NCBI GenBank assembly: GCA_965248695.1
Contig: CBDFKD010000002.1
Location: 1,696,001 to 1,760,000 of the forward strand
Source: Acidobacteriota bacterium
GTDB taxonomy: Bacteria > Acidobacteriota > UBA890 > WLXD01
Direction of reading: 5' to 3'
DNA: 64,000 nucleotides
Below the pieces are notes generated by a model. It was given only the letters and a program-made list of their open reading frames with translations. It did not search any database and was not told where the DNA came from. Shown piece by piece: positions 40,103-49,764 of the stretch. A program made the position numbers and the translations under genes. Each line of letters begins with the position of its first letter. The stretch's first letter is position 1.

Positions 40103-40875
40103 GAGCTGCGCACTCCTCGCCACCGCAGGCTCTCGAGAGCCAGGTGGGTCATGAACAGGAAGAAGACGGTGAACCAGAGCAAGTAGTTCGCGTCGGGCAG
40201 GCTGACCACGCCGACGCGGAAGTCGCCGAAGTGGTGATGCAGCGACAGCCAGCGAACGCCGTCCTGCCAGATGCTGGGCAGCAGATTCGCCGGTGCGTCG
40301 ATGAACCAGAAGATCAGCAGCAGTCCGTAGCCACCGAACGCCGCCACAACCTGGCTCTCGGTGAGCGCCGATACCCACAGGGTCGCCGCCAGCATGGCCG
40401 CAGCCAGCAGCAGTAGTCCGAGGTAGCCGGTGATCCACACCGCCGGTTCGTTGGCGCCGAAGAAAGCCAGCACGTACTGGAAACAGAAGGTCGGCGCCAG
40501 CAACGCCACCAGGAACAGGTAAGCACCGAAGAACTTGCCCCACATGATGCCGGCGTTGGAAACCGGCGAGGTGAGCAGCAGCTCCATGGTGCGGCGTCGC
40601 TTCTCTTCCGCCAGCAGCGCCATCGCCACGATCGGCAAGATGAACACCAAGAGCCACGCCGTGATGTCGAGGAAGCTGGTGCCGATCATCGCCGGCACGT
40701 TCACCAGATTGCCCGCCGGCCCGAGTTGCTCGGCGCGTACGTCGGCGTCGCGACCCTGCACCACCCAGTAGTTCAGGATGGCAACGAAGAAAACGGACTC
40801 GGCAAGCCAGAACACAGCCATGAGCGCGTACGCCACCGGCGAAACGAAGCAAATTGCCCAGGCTCCGCGCATCAA
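40099..40875 (-). CDS. GldF-like ABC-2 permease
   Basis: FVSPVAY, MxLLAEEKRRRTMELLLTSPV, GKF, SALTESQVVA. Confidence 0.88.
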   Translation of the reverse strand: MMRGAWAICFVSPVAYALMAVFWLAESVFFVAILNYWVVQGRDADVRAEQLGPAGNLVNVPAMIGTSFLDITAWLLVFILPIVAMALLAEEKRRRTMELLLTSPVSNAGIMWGKFFGAYLFLVALLAPTFCFQYVLAFFGANEPAVWITGYLGLLLLAAAMLAATLWVSALTESQVVAAFGGYGLLLIFWFIDAPANLLPSIWQDGVRWLSLHHHFGDFRVGVVSLPDANYLLWFTVFFLFMTHLALESLRWRGVRSS

Positions 40876-40890
40876 CCTTCTCCTTCGCCG

Positions 40891-41862
40891 TCAGGCCACA
40901 CGCGGCTGTTCGTCGAGGTCATCAGAATCGGGCTCCTCTGTAAGTCGTAGGAATACCTGCTCGAGGCTGAGCTCGGTACGGGTCATGCCGAGAAGCTCCC
41001 AGCCGCCGTTGACGATCGCCGCGGCAAGTCGGGATCGGAGGTCTCTGTCGGCGGAGGTGGCAACCTCGCAGCGCCAGCAACCCGGCTCGGTATCGTCGAG
41101 CAGCACGACGCTGTCGGCGCCGACGACTGCTTGCAGCGAGCGCCGCATCGCATCCACGTCGCCACGCGCGTGCAGCACGATCCGTTGACCGCCGCTGAAC
41201 CGCCGGGTCAGCGCCTCGACCGTATCGGTAGCAACGACGGTGCCCCGGTGCACCACTACAAGCCGCTCGCAGGACGCGGCGATCTCGTTGAGAATGTGGC
41301 TCGACAGAATCACGGTGTGGTCGCCGGCGAGCTGACGAATGAGTTGCCGCACCTCGATGATCTGCCGCGGGTCGAGCCCCGAGGTCGGTTCGTCGAGAAC
41401 CAGTAGATCCGGCGAGTGAAGGATCGCCTGCGCCAATCCGACACGCTGCCGGTAGCCCTTGGAAAGCTGCTCGATCGGTTGCTCGGCTCGGTCCTCGAGC
41501 CAGCATAGGGTCAGGGCGCGATCGACTGCGTCGGCGCGCTTCGACCTGCGCATGCCCTTGAGCTCCGCCACGAACATGAGGTACGCGCGGACCCGCATCT
41601 CCGGGTACAGCGGCGGCACCTCAGGTAAGTAGCCCACCCGCCGCTTCACCGCCAGTGGCTCGCGAGCTACATCGTGTCCGGCAACCCGGACCACGCCCGA
41701 CGTGGGGGGCATCGCGCCCATCAGGATCCGCATGGCGGTGGTCTTGCCGGCGCCGTTCGGTCCCAGCAATCCCACGACCTCGCCGGCGGCGACGTCGAAC
41801 GAGATTCCGTCCAGGGCGGCAACCGAACCGAAACGCTTGGTGAGATTCTCGATGTGGATCAT
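40891..41862 (-). CDS. GldA-like ABC transporter ATPase
   Basis: GPNGAGKTT, LSKGYRQRVGLAQA, LDEPTSGLDP, SSHIL, SLEQVFL. Confidence 0.93.
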   Translation of the reverse strand: MIHIENLTKRFGSVAALDGISFDVAAGEVVGLLGPNGAGKTTAMRILMGAMPPTSGVVRVAGHDVAREPLAVKRRVGYLPEVPPLYPEMRVRAYLMFVAELKGMRRSKRADAVDRALTLCWLEDRAEQPIEQLSKGYRQRVGLAQAILHSPDLLVLDEPTSGLDPRQIIEVRQLIRQLAGDHTVILSSHILNEIAASCERLVVVHRGTVVATDTVEALTRRFSGGQRIVLHARGDVDAMRRSLQAVVGADSVVLLDDTEPGCWRCEVATSADRDLRSRLAAAIVNGGWELLGMTRTELSLEQVFLRLTEEPDSDDLDEQPRVA

Positions 41863-42080
41863 CGAATGTCCGGGGTGGGGGTGGCAGGGACAAGAAAGGC
41901 CGCCGGGAGGTCATTCGCAGCCTCCCGACGGCCAAATCTTCGCCAATCCGGACAGGTCGATGCTAGCTCATAATCACATAAGCCACTTTTTCATTCCCAT
42001 GACAGTACTTGTCCGTCCATGGCCCTCCTTGTCATATCCTGAGAGGTCAAGAACGGTCAAAACTAGCTTGAAGTGACTAA

Positions 42081-42578
42081 TCACCGAATTCCACCGACCC
42101 CGGCCAACACGGCAGTTTGATCGTCGCCACCCGTATGCCAGCCCCAGGGCTGATCAAAGCGAGTCTCGATCTGCTCGTTGGGCCCGGCAGAGTAGCAGAC
42201 TACAGCCGAGCTGAAGAACGGCTGGTGGCGCCTCCAATACGCATGCGTGTTGTACAGCGTAGCCGGCGGCAAGTGCAGAGCGAAGACGTTTGCCATATAG
42301 CGATTGCCCCACGGATCGGCGTTGATCCTGTCGGCGATGTAGGGGCCGCGCCAGTGGAACATGTCCATGGGATCCACCGTGCCGGGATAGCGACCCAGAT
42401 TGAGCGGACCGTTGCCGTAGCCGCTATAGCCGCCAGCCGCGAGGGCGTCGGAAGTGGTCACTACACCGTTGTGGATGAGTTGGTCGGCAAACCCATCGAC
42501 CAGAAACCTCAGGCCGACCTGGTAGTGCGCGTCGGTGGTGGCGCTAAACGAAGCCCCGCGCTCTAGCTGCCACTGGGT
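42081..42578 (-). pseudogene. 5'-truncated GspG-like pilin paralog
   Basis: Frame is open up to the IS end. Has WRGPY, DPWGNRYMAN, SAVVCYSAGPN and GGDD but no prepilin N-terminus on either side of the IS. Confidence 0.85.
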
Positions 42579-42612
42579 TGACCTGACCCCGCGGTTAGTA
42601 CCATGTCTTATC

Positions 42613-43500
42613 TCAGTAACTCGGTGCTGACAAGAGGTTGTTGAGGCCGGCGAAGCGGAGCGCAGCCGGCTTCAACAACGTCGCTTCGGGTGCGGGCGGC
42701 CGATAGCTCAGCGAGCTGTGCGGTCGCATGCGGTTGTAGTGCTGACGCCATCTCTCGATCAGAACCTTTGCCTCCTTGAGCGTGTAGAAGATCTCTCCAT
42801 CCAGCAGCTCGTCGCGTAGCTTGCCGTTGAAGCTCTCCACGTAACCGTTCTCCCACGGCGAGCCCGGCTCGATGAACAGCGTCCCCACGCCCAACCGGCC
42901 CAGCCAGTCGCGAACCGCCTCGGCGGTGAACTCTGGTCCGTTATCCGACCGGATGTGCTCAGGTATGCCCCGGTGTACGAACAACCTCCCGAGCTGCTCC
43001 AGCACGTCCTCAGAGTTGAGCTTCCGTGCTACATGGATCGCCAGGCTTTCTCGTGTGTACTCATCGACGATCGTCAGCAGCCTCATAGCCCGACCGTCGT
43101 GCGTCCGGTGGTGCAGGAAGTCATACGCCCAGACATGATCCCGGTGCTGTGGGCGCAGCCGGATGCAGGAGCCATCGCTCAGCCACAGCCGTGCTCGTTT
43201 GGGCTGTTTTCTCGGTACTTTCAGCCCTTCGCGCCGCCAGATACGCTGCACTCGTTTGTGGTTCACGGACCAGCCCTCCATGCGCAGCAACGCTGTCACC
43301 CTCCGATATCCGTAGCGCCCGTACTGTCGGGCTAAATCCACGATCCGCTCCGTCAAAATCTGCTCCTGTTGCGGCTCTCTTGGCACGTACCGGTGTGTCG
43401 TGCGTGGTTGTTTCAGTACCCGACACGCCCGCCTCTCCGAGACGCCCAGCCGCCCCCGTACATGTGCCACCGCCTCTCGCCGCCGAGCTGGGCTCAGAAG
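42613..43500 (-). CDS. IS3 transposase OrfB (DDE), probably expressed by -1 frameshift
   Basis: YGYRRV, WAYDF, VDEYTRE, RSDNGPEF, PWENGYVESFNG, RPHSSL. GGGAAAC slippery site at the orfA end. Start approximate. Confidence 0.9.
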   Translation of the reverse strand, partial: LLSPARRREAVAHVRGRLGVSERRACRVLKQPRTTHRYVPREPQQEQILTERIVDLARQYGRYGYRRVTALLRMEGWSVNHKRVQRIWRREGLKVPRKQPKRARLWLSDGSCIRLRPQHRDHVWAYDFLHHRTHDGRAMRLLTIVDEYTRESLAIHVARKLNSEDVLEQLGRLFVHRGIPEHIRSDNGPEFTAEAVRDWLGRLGVGTLFIEPGSPWENGYVESFNGKLRDELLDGEIFYTLKEAKVLIERWRQHYNRMRPHSSLSYRPPAPEATLLKPAALRFAGLNNLLSAPSY

Positions 43501-43772
43501 TTTCCCTCCGCCACTTCCTTCAGGATCGACAGGTCGAGTTCCTTTTCCGCCACCAGCCTCTTGAGCCGGGCATTCTCCTTCTCCAGTTGCTTGAGCTTTC
43601 TGGCCTGGTTGAGCTTCAGTCCGCCGTACTCTCGCCGCCACCGGTAGTAGGTGTGCTCGGTGATTGCTAGCTTGCGGCAGGCATCCTTGACCGTCGCCCC
43701 TCGAGCCAGCTCCACCTCAGCCTCCCGGAGCTTGCGTACGATCTGCTCGGCGCTGTGCCTCTTACTCGGCAT
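43494..43772 (-). CDS. IS3 transposase OrfA
   Basis: EQIVRKLREAE, TYYRWRREYGG, LEKENARLKRLVA. Confidence 0.92.
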   Translation of the reverse strand: MPSKRHSAEQIVRKLREAEVELARGATVKDACRKLAITEHTYYRWRREYGGLKLNQARKLKQLEKENARLKRLVAEKELDLSILKEVAEGNF

Positions 43773-43908
43773 TCTGACCTCCCGTTCTTGACCCAGATCG
43801 TGAGATTACATCCGGATCCGTTTTCGGGGGTCAGGTCAGTCCGCCGATGGCGCGTGCACCTAGACAAACTAGCTGCGCGGGCGAGAGGTTCGGCGCCGGC
43901 ACATTGAG

Positions 43909-43948
43909 AAAAAGGCCGCCCGCCGAGCTTGGAGCTCGACGGGCGGCC
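43909..43948 (-). terminator. Intrinsic terminator after pilin 44024-44800
   Basis: Minus strand GGCCGCCCGTCGAGCT-CCA-AGCTCGGCGGGCGGCC followed by TTTTT. Confidence 0.85.
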
Positions 43949-44023
43949 ATAGCGTCACATTGCGCCTCCTCTTCACCGATCGGTATGGGGCCCGGCCGGA
44001 TCCGAGGTGGTGCGACGCTCCAG

Positions 44024-44800
44024 CTACATGGGCCCACCGGCGCTGAGCACGACGGCGATGTCGTCGCCGCCGGTCATCCATCCCCATAACCCGTCCTCGT
44101 CATCGTCGGCGAGGGTCTGGTTGAAGAACGTATCGATGCCGCTGTCGGGGCCGGCCGAGTAGCAGACCACTGCTGAGGTGAAGATGCGCTGGCCGTCCTC
44201 CCAGAGCGCGTTGCCCCTGGGGTTGGCGTACAGCGCGAAGCTGTTGACAGCGTAGCGGTTCATCCAGGGATCGGTGCTGATCTTGTCGAAGTAGGGTCCA
44301 CGCCAGCCGAAGAACATGCTCCCCAACTCGGGATGGTTGATGGGATCGGGGTACTGCGTGCCCAAGTCGTCGCCGCCCGGATCGTTCTGCTGCAGGTGGT
44401 TCTCGAGCCGATCGACGTAGAAGCGCTGTTCGCCGATTCCACCGGTGTCGTAGTGCTCGGCGAAGTAGTTACCTACTTGCCGACGCCAGTGGCCGCCGAA
44501 CACAATGCCGTCGTCGAGCGATCCGCGCTTGGGCGTCGAGCCGGGGCCGACCAGCAGGCCGATCGGCTGCTCGAGGTTGCCCGGGTTGAGGTAGAGCGCG
44601 TTCCTTTGCACCTCGTCGAGCATCTTCTTGACGCTGGAGCACAGAACGGTGAGGTCTTCCTTGAACTTCACGAAGCGCGCCAGGCGATTGTAGTTGCCCA
44701 ACTGCGGCAGCATGATGGTCGACAGAATAACGAGAACGAGGAGGATGATCGTCACCTCTACCAAGGTGAAGCCATCCTGCCTACGAAGCGAAAGCTTCAT
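44024..44800 (-). CDS. Large GspG-like prepilin paralog (distal group)
   Basis: DG|FTLVEV, GLLVGPG, NHLQQN, GWRGPY, DPW, CYSAGPD, GGDD. GGGAG RBS. Confidence 0.88.
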   Translation of the reverse strand: MKLSLRRQDGFTLVEVTIILLVLVILSTIMLPQLGNYNRLARFVKFKEDLTVLCSSVKKMLDEVQRNALYLNPGNLEQPIGLLVGPGSTPKRGSLDDGIVFGGHWRRQVGNYFAEHYDTGGIGEQRFYVDRLENHLQQNDPGGDDLGTQYPDPINHPELGSMFFGWRGPYFDKISTDPWMNRYAVNSFALYANPRGNALWEDGQRIFTSAVVCYSAGPDSGIDTFFNQTLADDDEDGLWGWMTGGDDIAVVLSAGGPM

Positions 44801-45484
44801 GGTGGGTCTCCCTGTTTTGCTGCAGCGCTGCTCCCGCTCCGGGGCAGCGCCGGTGCTGTCGCGAGGCCCCCTGCGGGTGCCTCGCCCGGCCTCCCGACGA
44901 CGCGTGCCGTCTTCGCCTCCGATTCCCAGCTCGGAGCGGGTTGAGCCCGCCACAGCTAGCCGTCGGTGCTCAGCCGACGACCGGAGACCGGTCCCCATCG
45001 CGACCGCGTCCGCATCGGGTTTCGATGCGCTCGCCGCCGTGTGCGATGAGATGCGATCACTTTAGAGTCTGTGCTACGTAGGCCAAACCAGATCGGGCCC
45101 CACTTGGCCGCGGTTGCCGCTGCCTTCGGCCGCCCAAGGTCGTGGCATCGGCAAGGCAGTCCAAAAGGCGGCCGAGATTTGCAGGGCGAGGCGATGCGGT
45201 CCCGGGGCTTGCGGCGCCGGACCGTCGCGGGCGGCGACGGCCATCGCCGGCCGACACTCGACCGAGCCCCGGCACGCCCGGCAAGCAATCGCGATCCGCG
45301 GCGGGCGGCTGGGGAGCTCGCCCGCACGAGCGTGCCTACAGCGCCGCGGGCCGAACACACGCGGGCGCGATCGGCACCAGGGTTGAAACAAACAAGGAAG
45401 CCCGGCCATCGTGCGATGACCGGGCTTTCTCGGGGAGGCAGCGACTGCCGGGCACGGCAGTCGCCAACGACACGTGCTGGATCT

Positions 45485-46246
45485 TTAGAAGGGGCCCCCG
45501 GCGCTTAGAATCACCGCCAGGTCATCATCAGCGGTGCGCCAGCCGTTGAAGCCATCGCCATCGCCGTCGTTCATCGACTGGTTGAAGCTCGTATCGACGG
45601 CACCGTCGGGACCGGCGGACAGGCAGACCACCGCGGAGGTGAACAGACCCCGTCCCTCCTCGGCGTCCTTGTCGCGGTGCAGCGCGAATACGTTGGAGGC
45701 GTAGCGGTTGCCCCAGGCGTCGGTGGTGAACTCGTCGAAGTACGGTCCGCGCCAGCCGAAGAACGCCCCGGCTGCCCAGCGCTGCGGATTGTCGATCGGG
45801 TTCTTGTAGCGGAACGACGGATCCTGGCTGCCCTCTTCGAGCGGGTTGTTCTGCTGCAGATGGTTCTCGAAGCGGTCGACCTTGAAGTACACCTGTGTGC
45901 CGAGCACGTCGGTCTCCTCGCCGAAAGTCGCGCCGGGGTTCTCCAGCCAGTTGCTGTTGCCGCCAGAGGAGCCGCCCACCGGAGAGCGTCCCGGACCGAC
46001 GAGCAAGCCGATAGGCTGCTCGCGCCACCTGGGTTCCCCATAGAAGCCGCCCAACATCACCTCGTCGAGCATCTTCTTCATGCCCGAGCAGATCGCGCCG
46101 AGGTCTTCCTTGACCTTGACGAAGCGAGCCAGCCGATTGAAGTTGCCGAGCTGCGGCAACATGATCGTCGACAAGATCACCAGCACCAGCAAGATGATGG
46201 TGACCTCGATGAGAGTAAAGCCGCGATTGTCGTCGCGAAGCTGCAT
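45485..46246 (-). CDS. Large GspG-like prepilin paralog (distal group)
   Basis: RG|FTLIEV and the same motif set. GGGAGG RBS. Confidence 0.9.
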   Translation of the reverse strand: MQLRDDNRGFTLIEVTIILLVLVILSTIMLPQLGNFNRLARFVKVKEDLGAICSGMKKMLDEVMLGGFYGEPRWREQPIGLLVGPGRSPVGGSSGGNSNWLENPGATFGEETDVLGTQVYFKVDRFENHLQQNNPLEEGSQDPSFRYKNPIDNPQRWAAGAFFGWRGPYFDEFTTDAWGNRYASNVFALHRDKDAEEGRGLFTSAVVCLSAGPDGAVDTSFNQSMNDGDGDGFNGWRTADDDLAVILSAGGPF

Positions 46247-46674
46247 GGTTCTGGGCCTCCCTGTAGTGCCCGGCGTCCGGGGAGACGTCGCCCGAGCACG
46301 TGTCGTAGGGGAATCGTAGGGTTACGGGGCAGTCACCCCCAACCTGCCCGTCTCACTCGTGGCCGCGGTTGTCACCCCCGAACTGCGTTTCCGTGTGCAC
46401 CCGTGGCAGCCGGAGCCAGGCACAGTCGGGGCCGTGCGACCGGGCTCCAGAACTAGCTGCAGAGGCCAGGCACGTCCAATCGAGGCAAACTGCGGCGCGG
46501 ATCCGGGCCGCGAGAAGCTCACCGGAACGCCAACGCCGAACAAGCGTGCGCCGGCGGCGGCCAAGACAAGCGAAGGGCGAGGCACCTGAGTACCTCGCCC
46601 TCGTTCAGGAAGGTTCGATGCTAACGGTCGCGCGGTCTGGCAATCGAACCGTCGGCTTGTCCGTTGACCACTGA

Positions 46675-47442
46675 CTACATCGGCCCGCCACCGCTTAGCA
46701 GCGCCGTGAGATCGTCGTCGCCGGTGGTCCAGCCATAGGGCTGGTTGAAGTCTGTGTCGACGTTGCCATCCGGTCCGGCACTGAAGCAGACCACTGCGGA
46801 GCTGAACCGATCTAGCGGTCCCACCTCGGGTGGGCTGTAGAGCGCGAACACGTTCACCGCGTAGCGGTTGCCCCAGGGATCGGGCGAGATGTCGTCGTTC
46901 ATGTAGGGGCCGCGCCAGGCGAAGAGGCTGTTGAACCCCTGTTCCATGTCGTTGGGAGTACGCCAGCGGTTGCCGGCATCGCCCATCGGCGTGTTGGAGA
47001 TCAGATGGTTGCCGAGCATGTCGACCTGGAACGAGATCTCCTCGCCGGTGGCGGTCTCGACGTCGAACATGTCGAAGAAGTCGAGTCGCCACATGGAGCG
47101 ACCATCAGAATCCCCTTCCGGGCCGCTCGGCTTGTCACCCTCGCCGATCAACAGACCGGTGGCCCAGGTGCGCACCGGCGGATGATCGTAGCCGGCCTCC
47201 TCGAAGATGGCGCCCTCGCCGACGTCGTCGAGCATCGCCTTGATGACCGAGCAGATCGCACCGAGGTCTTCTTTGACTCGGACGAATCGGGCGAGCCGGT
47301 TATAGCCACCGATCTGCGGCAGCATGATGGTGCTGAGATTCACCAAGACAAGCAGGATGACGGTGACCTCGACCAGGGTGAACCCGCGCTCGGAAACAAC
47401 GTCCGGCGCCGTACGCGACTGCGCGACCTTGGGTGGAACCAT
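46675..47442 (-). CDS. Large GspG-like prepilin paralog (distal group)
   Basis: RG|FTLVEV, AWRGPY, DPWGNRYAVN, CFSAGPDG, GDDD. Start uncertain. Confidence 0.88.
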   Translation of the reverse strand: MVPPKVAQSRTAPDVVSERGFTLVEVTVILLVLVNLSTIMLPQIGGYNRLARFVRVKEDLGAICSVIKAMLDDVGEGAIFEEAGYDHPPVRTWATGLLIGEGDKPSGPEGDSDGRSMWRLDFFDMFDVETATGEEISFQVDMLGNHLISNTPMGDAGNRWRTPNDMEQGFNSLFAWRGPYMNDDISPDPWGNRYAVNVFALYSPPEVGPLDRFSSAVVCFSAGPDGNVDTDFNQPYGWTTGDDDLTALLSGGGPM

Positions 47443-47837
47443 TCGATTGGGCCTCGTTGGGGCCACGTCGTTTGCCCCGGGCTCGATCCGGAGCGACCTG
47501 CCGGGCGACCGCGATCTGCACCGGCAGTGCCGAGACCTGGCGACGTGCGCCACGTCGTTCTGCGTAGCGTCCAATGTAGATGCACCAGGAGGCGCTAACC
47601 AAACCCAATCGCATCCAGCGGCCGCTGCTGGCCGGCCGGTCGGCGGCCGGAATCGACTAGGCTGGCAACGGCAGTCAGCCCGCGCCAGAGCGCGTAGCCT
47701 GGAGGCTCAACGCGTGCCTGCCGGCCACGGCTTGGCGGTAGTTTGCCCGCACCGCCCCTGGGTCGCCATCGCGGCCACCGGCGGTCATGAACGCGCACCG
47801 ACGGCCGCAGGCGAGCGGCCGAGAAGGATGCCGGCGG

Positions 47838-48053
47838 TCAGCCGGAGTCGCGCTCGCTGACGAGCTTGAGACCGGGGTCGCGGCCATGGTTCTTCTGCCA
47901 ATGCTCGATGTCCACATCGCGGAAACGCCAATGGCCACCGACGTTGACATATGGCAGTCGACCCTCGACAACCTCGCGCACCACAGCGTCGCGCGTCATC
48001 TCGAGACGAAGTGCCAGGGTCGCGACCGTCTCCACGCGGATGCTGCTTCTCAC
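47838..48053 (-). CDS. Small excisionase/BldC-like HTH protein (5th in array)
   Basis: TVATLAxRLxMTxxxVxRE..GRLPYVNVGGHWRFRDVDIEHW. Confidence 0.78.
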   Translation of the reverse strand: MRSSIRVETVATLALRLEMTRDAVVREVVEGRLPYVNVGGHWRFRDVDIEHWQKNHGRDPGLKLVSERDSG

Positions 48054-48166
48054 GTGAGCTTCCCCAACTTGATCCAGGCTTGGTGGGCAACTGGGGGGAG
48101 CGTACGCGCGCTGGTTCACGGCCTCAACGACCGGTGGCCGCCGTTGGCCGCTCCTGTCCGGTCTTT

Positions 48167-48427
48167 TCAGCTGATGCCGCTTTCGACATCAGTCGACCGC
48201 TCGGCGTCAGGATGACGCTCGAGTCGCCCTCCGCGCAGCAACTGCAACCTGGGCAAGCCGCCGGCGCGTGCCATCCAGAGCTCGACGTCGCGCTCGCGAA
48301 ATCGCCAGTTCCCGGCGATGCTGACGTAGGGCAGGCGAGAGCGGATGACCTCGCGCTCGATGGTACGGCGCGGAAGGCCGAAACGCTCTGCCAGACTTTC
48401 GACGGTCTCTAGGCGCTGCCGCTTCAT
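48167..48427 (-). CDS. Small excisionase/BldC-like HTH protein (4th)
   Basis: TVESLAERFGLPRRTIERE..SRLPYVSIAGNWRFRERDVELW. Confidence 0.8.
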   Translation of the reverse strand: MKRQRLETVESLAERFGLPRRTIEREVIRSRLPYVSIAGNWRFRERDVELWMARAGGLPRLQLLRGGRLERHPDAERSTDVESGIS

Positions 48428-48647
48428 TACTTGCCAACCGGGGGTCAGGGACTTGCCTTGTCTGAGGGCAGAGCATGCCGGCAGCCCTGCTCACTCGCAA
48501 TAGAAGGCGGCCGCCGCTGACCATGCCCGTCCACAGACCTCGGGGGAACGTGGCGGAAGGGGTGGCGAGCGGTGGGACCCTGCACAGACTAGGGCCGCCA
48601 GGGACCCCGCGCCGGGTGGGTCAGTGCGGCGGAATGGCGCGATAGGC

Positions 48648-48911
48648 CTAGAGCGACGATTGAGCCTGTCGGCTCCGGCCGCCCTGGATCAGGCGGAATC
48701 GCGATCGCTGCAATCGGGCGCGCAGGTACGACTCGACGTCGACTTTCCGATAGCGTCGCCGTCCACCGACCTTGACGAACGGCAGCCGACCGCGGGCCAC
48801 TTCTCGCTGCACGGTTCTCGCACTGACCTGCAGATACTCTGCCAGCGAGAAGGTGGTGAACAGGTTCGTGTCCGACATCTGTGTCAATCCGACGTTGCGG
48901 CTCATTCCCAC
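48648..48911 (-). CDS. Small excisionase/BldC-like HTH protein (3rd)
   Basis: TTFSLAEYLQVSARTVQRE..GRLPFVKVGGRRRYRKVDVESYL. Start may be 48878. Confidence 0.82.
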   Translation of the reverse strand: MGMSRNVGLTQMSDTNLFTTFSLAEYLQVSARTVQREVARGRLPFVKVGGRRRYRKVDVESYLRARLQRSRFRLIQGGRSRQAQSSL

Positions 48912-49083
48912 AGTCTCTGCGCTTCGAGATCGACCCTACCGCCCCCTGCAAGAAGGCGCAATCGATGTCGTTGGGCGGTGGCCGCCGTTGTCCGACTACG
49001 GCGGGCGTTCTGATCAGGGAATCGACAGCCTTGGCCACGGACGCGAACCTGATCGGTCTCACAGCGCCCTGAAAGCGTCGCCG

Positions 49084-49764
49084 TCATTGGATCCGGGCGC
49101 TGATATCGAGGGGACTGGCAGCGGCGTTGCCGAGCAACTGCGCGTCGGCGGCCGGGTACAGCGTGTCGAAGACACCATCGGGTCCGGCCGACAAAGCCCA
49201 TACGGCACGTTTCTGCTGCGTGCCTCCGGCCTCGTACGCCCCAGGGTTCACCGACAGATGCTCGACATTGATGACGTAACGGTTACCCCACGGATCGCTC
49301 TGCATGTGCGCGTTGAGGTAGGGACCGTTCCAGCCTGAACCGCTCAGCGCCGTCTTCAGCGGGTAGCCGACATTGCCCGATGAGGGTCGGTTGTTCACCA
49401 GCTGGTTGGAGATGAAGTCGATGACGCTCGGGTCGGTAGTCAGCCAGGGCTCGGCGCCAGGACGCGCCTCGCCGACCGCGCCCGGCGAGACCAACAGCGC
49501 AATGTCGAGCTCGCGCTGGCCGTCGGCGAACTGGGCATGGAAGCCATTGTCGCGGAAGAACTCGAACACCGAATCCGCCAGGATCCGAACGTCGTTCTGC
49601 GCCCGCGCGAGGCGCGACTGGTTCAGGAAGTTGAACACCGAAGGCGCCAGGATCAGACCCAAGATCGCGATCACTGCCAGGATGATCGTGATCTCCAGGA
49701 GCGTGAACCCAGGCGCACTGCGAGCTCGCTCGCGGCCGCGACCGGGAGCCAGAGCATGGTTCAT
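49084..49764 (-). CDS. GspG-like prepilin paralog (proximal operon)
   Basis: PG|FTLLEI, GWNGPY, DPWGNRYVIN, LSAGPDG. Confidence 0.88.
   Translation of the reverse strand: MNHALAPGRGRERARSAPGFTLLEITIILAVIAILGLILAPSVFNFLNQSRLARAQNDVRILADSVFEFFRDNGFHAQFADGQRELDIALLVSPGAVGEARPGAEPWLTTDPSVIDFISNQLVNNRPSSGNVGYPLKTALSGSGWNGPYLNAHMQSDPWGNRYVINVEHLSVNPGAYEAGGTQQKRAVWALSAGPDGVFDTLYPAADAQLLGNAAASPLDISARIQ

Larger units (their letters stand above)
42579..43838 (-). mobile_element. IS3-family insertion sequence (IS407-like group), 1260 bp
   Basis: Terminal IRs TGACCTGACCCC / GGGGTCAGGTCA (TG...CA), overlapping orfA/orfB. Only GT is shared at the flanks. Confidence 0.93.

Noticed and set aside
41930-41946. 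GG-N10-GC (TGGCGAAGATTTGGC) upstream of the ABC ATPase
   Set aside because: Weak match to the sigma-54 consensus. Such spacing is frequent in GC-rich DNA.
44024-47442. Conductive e-pili, because the pilins are aromatic-rich
   Set aside because: They are long GspG-like proteins, no multiheme cytochromes are nearby, and aromatic content alone is not diagnostic.
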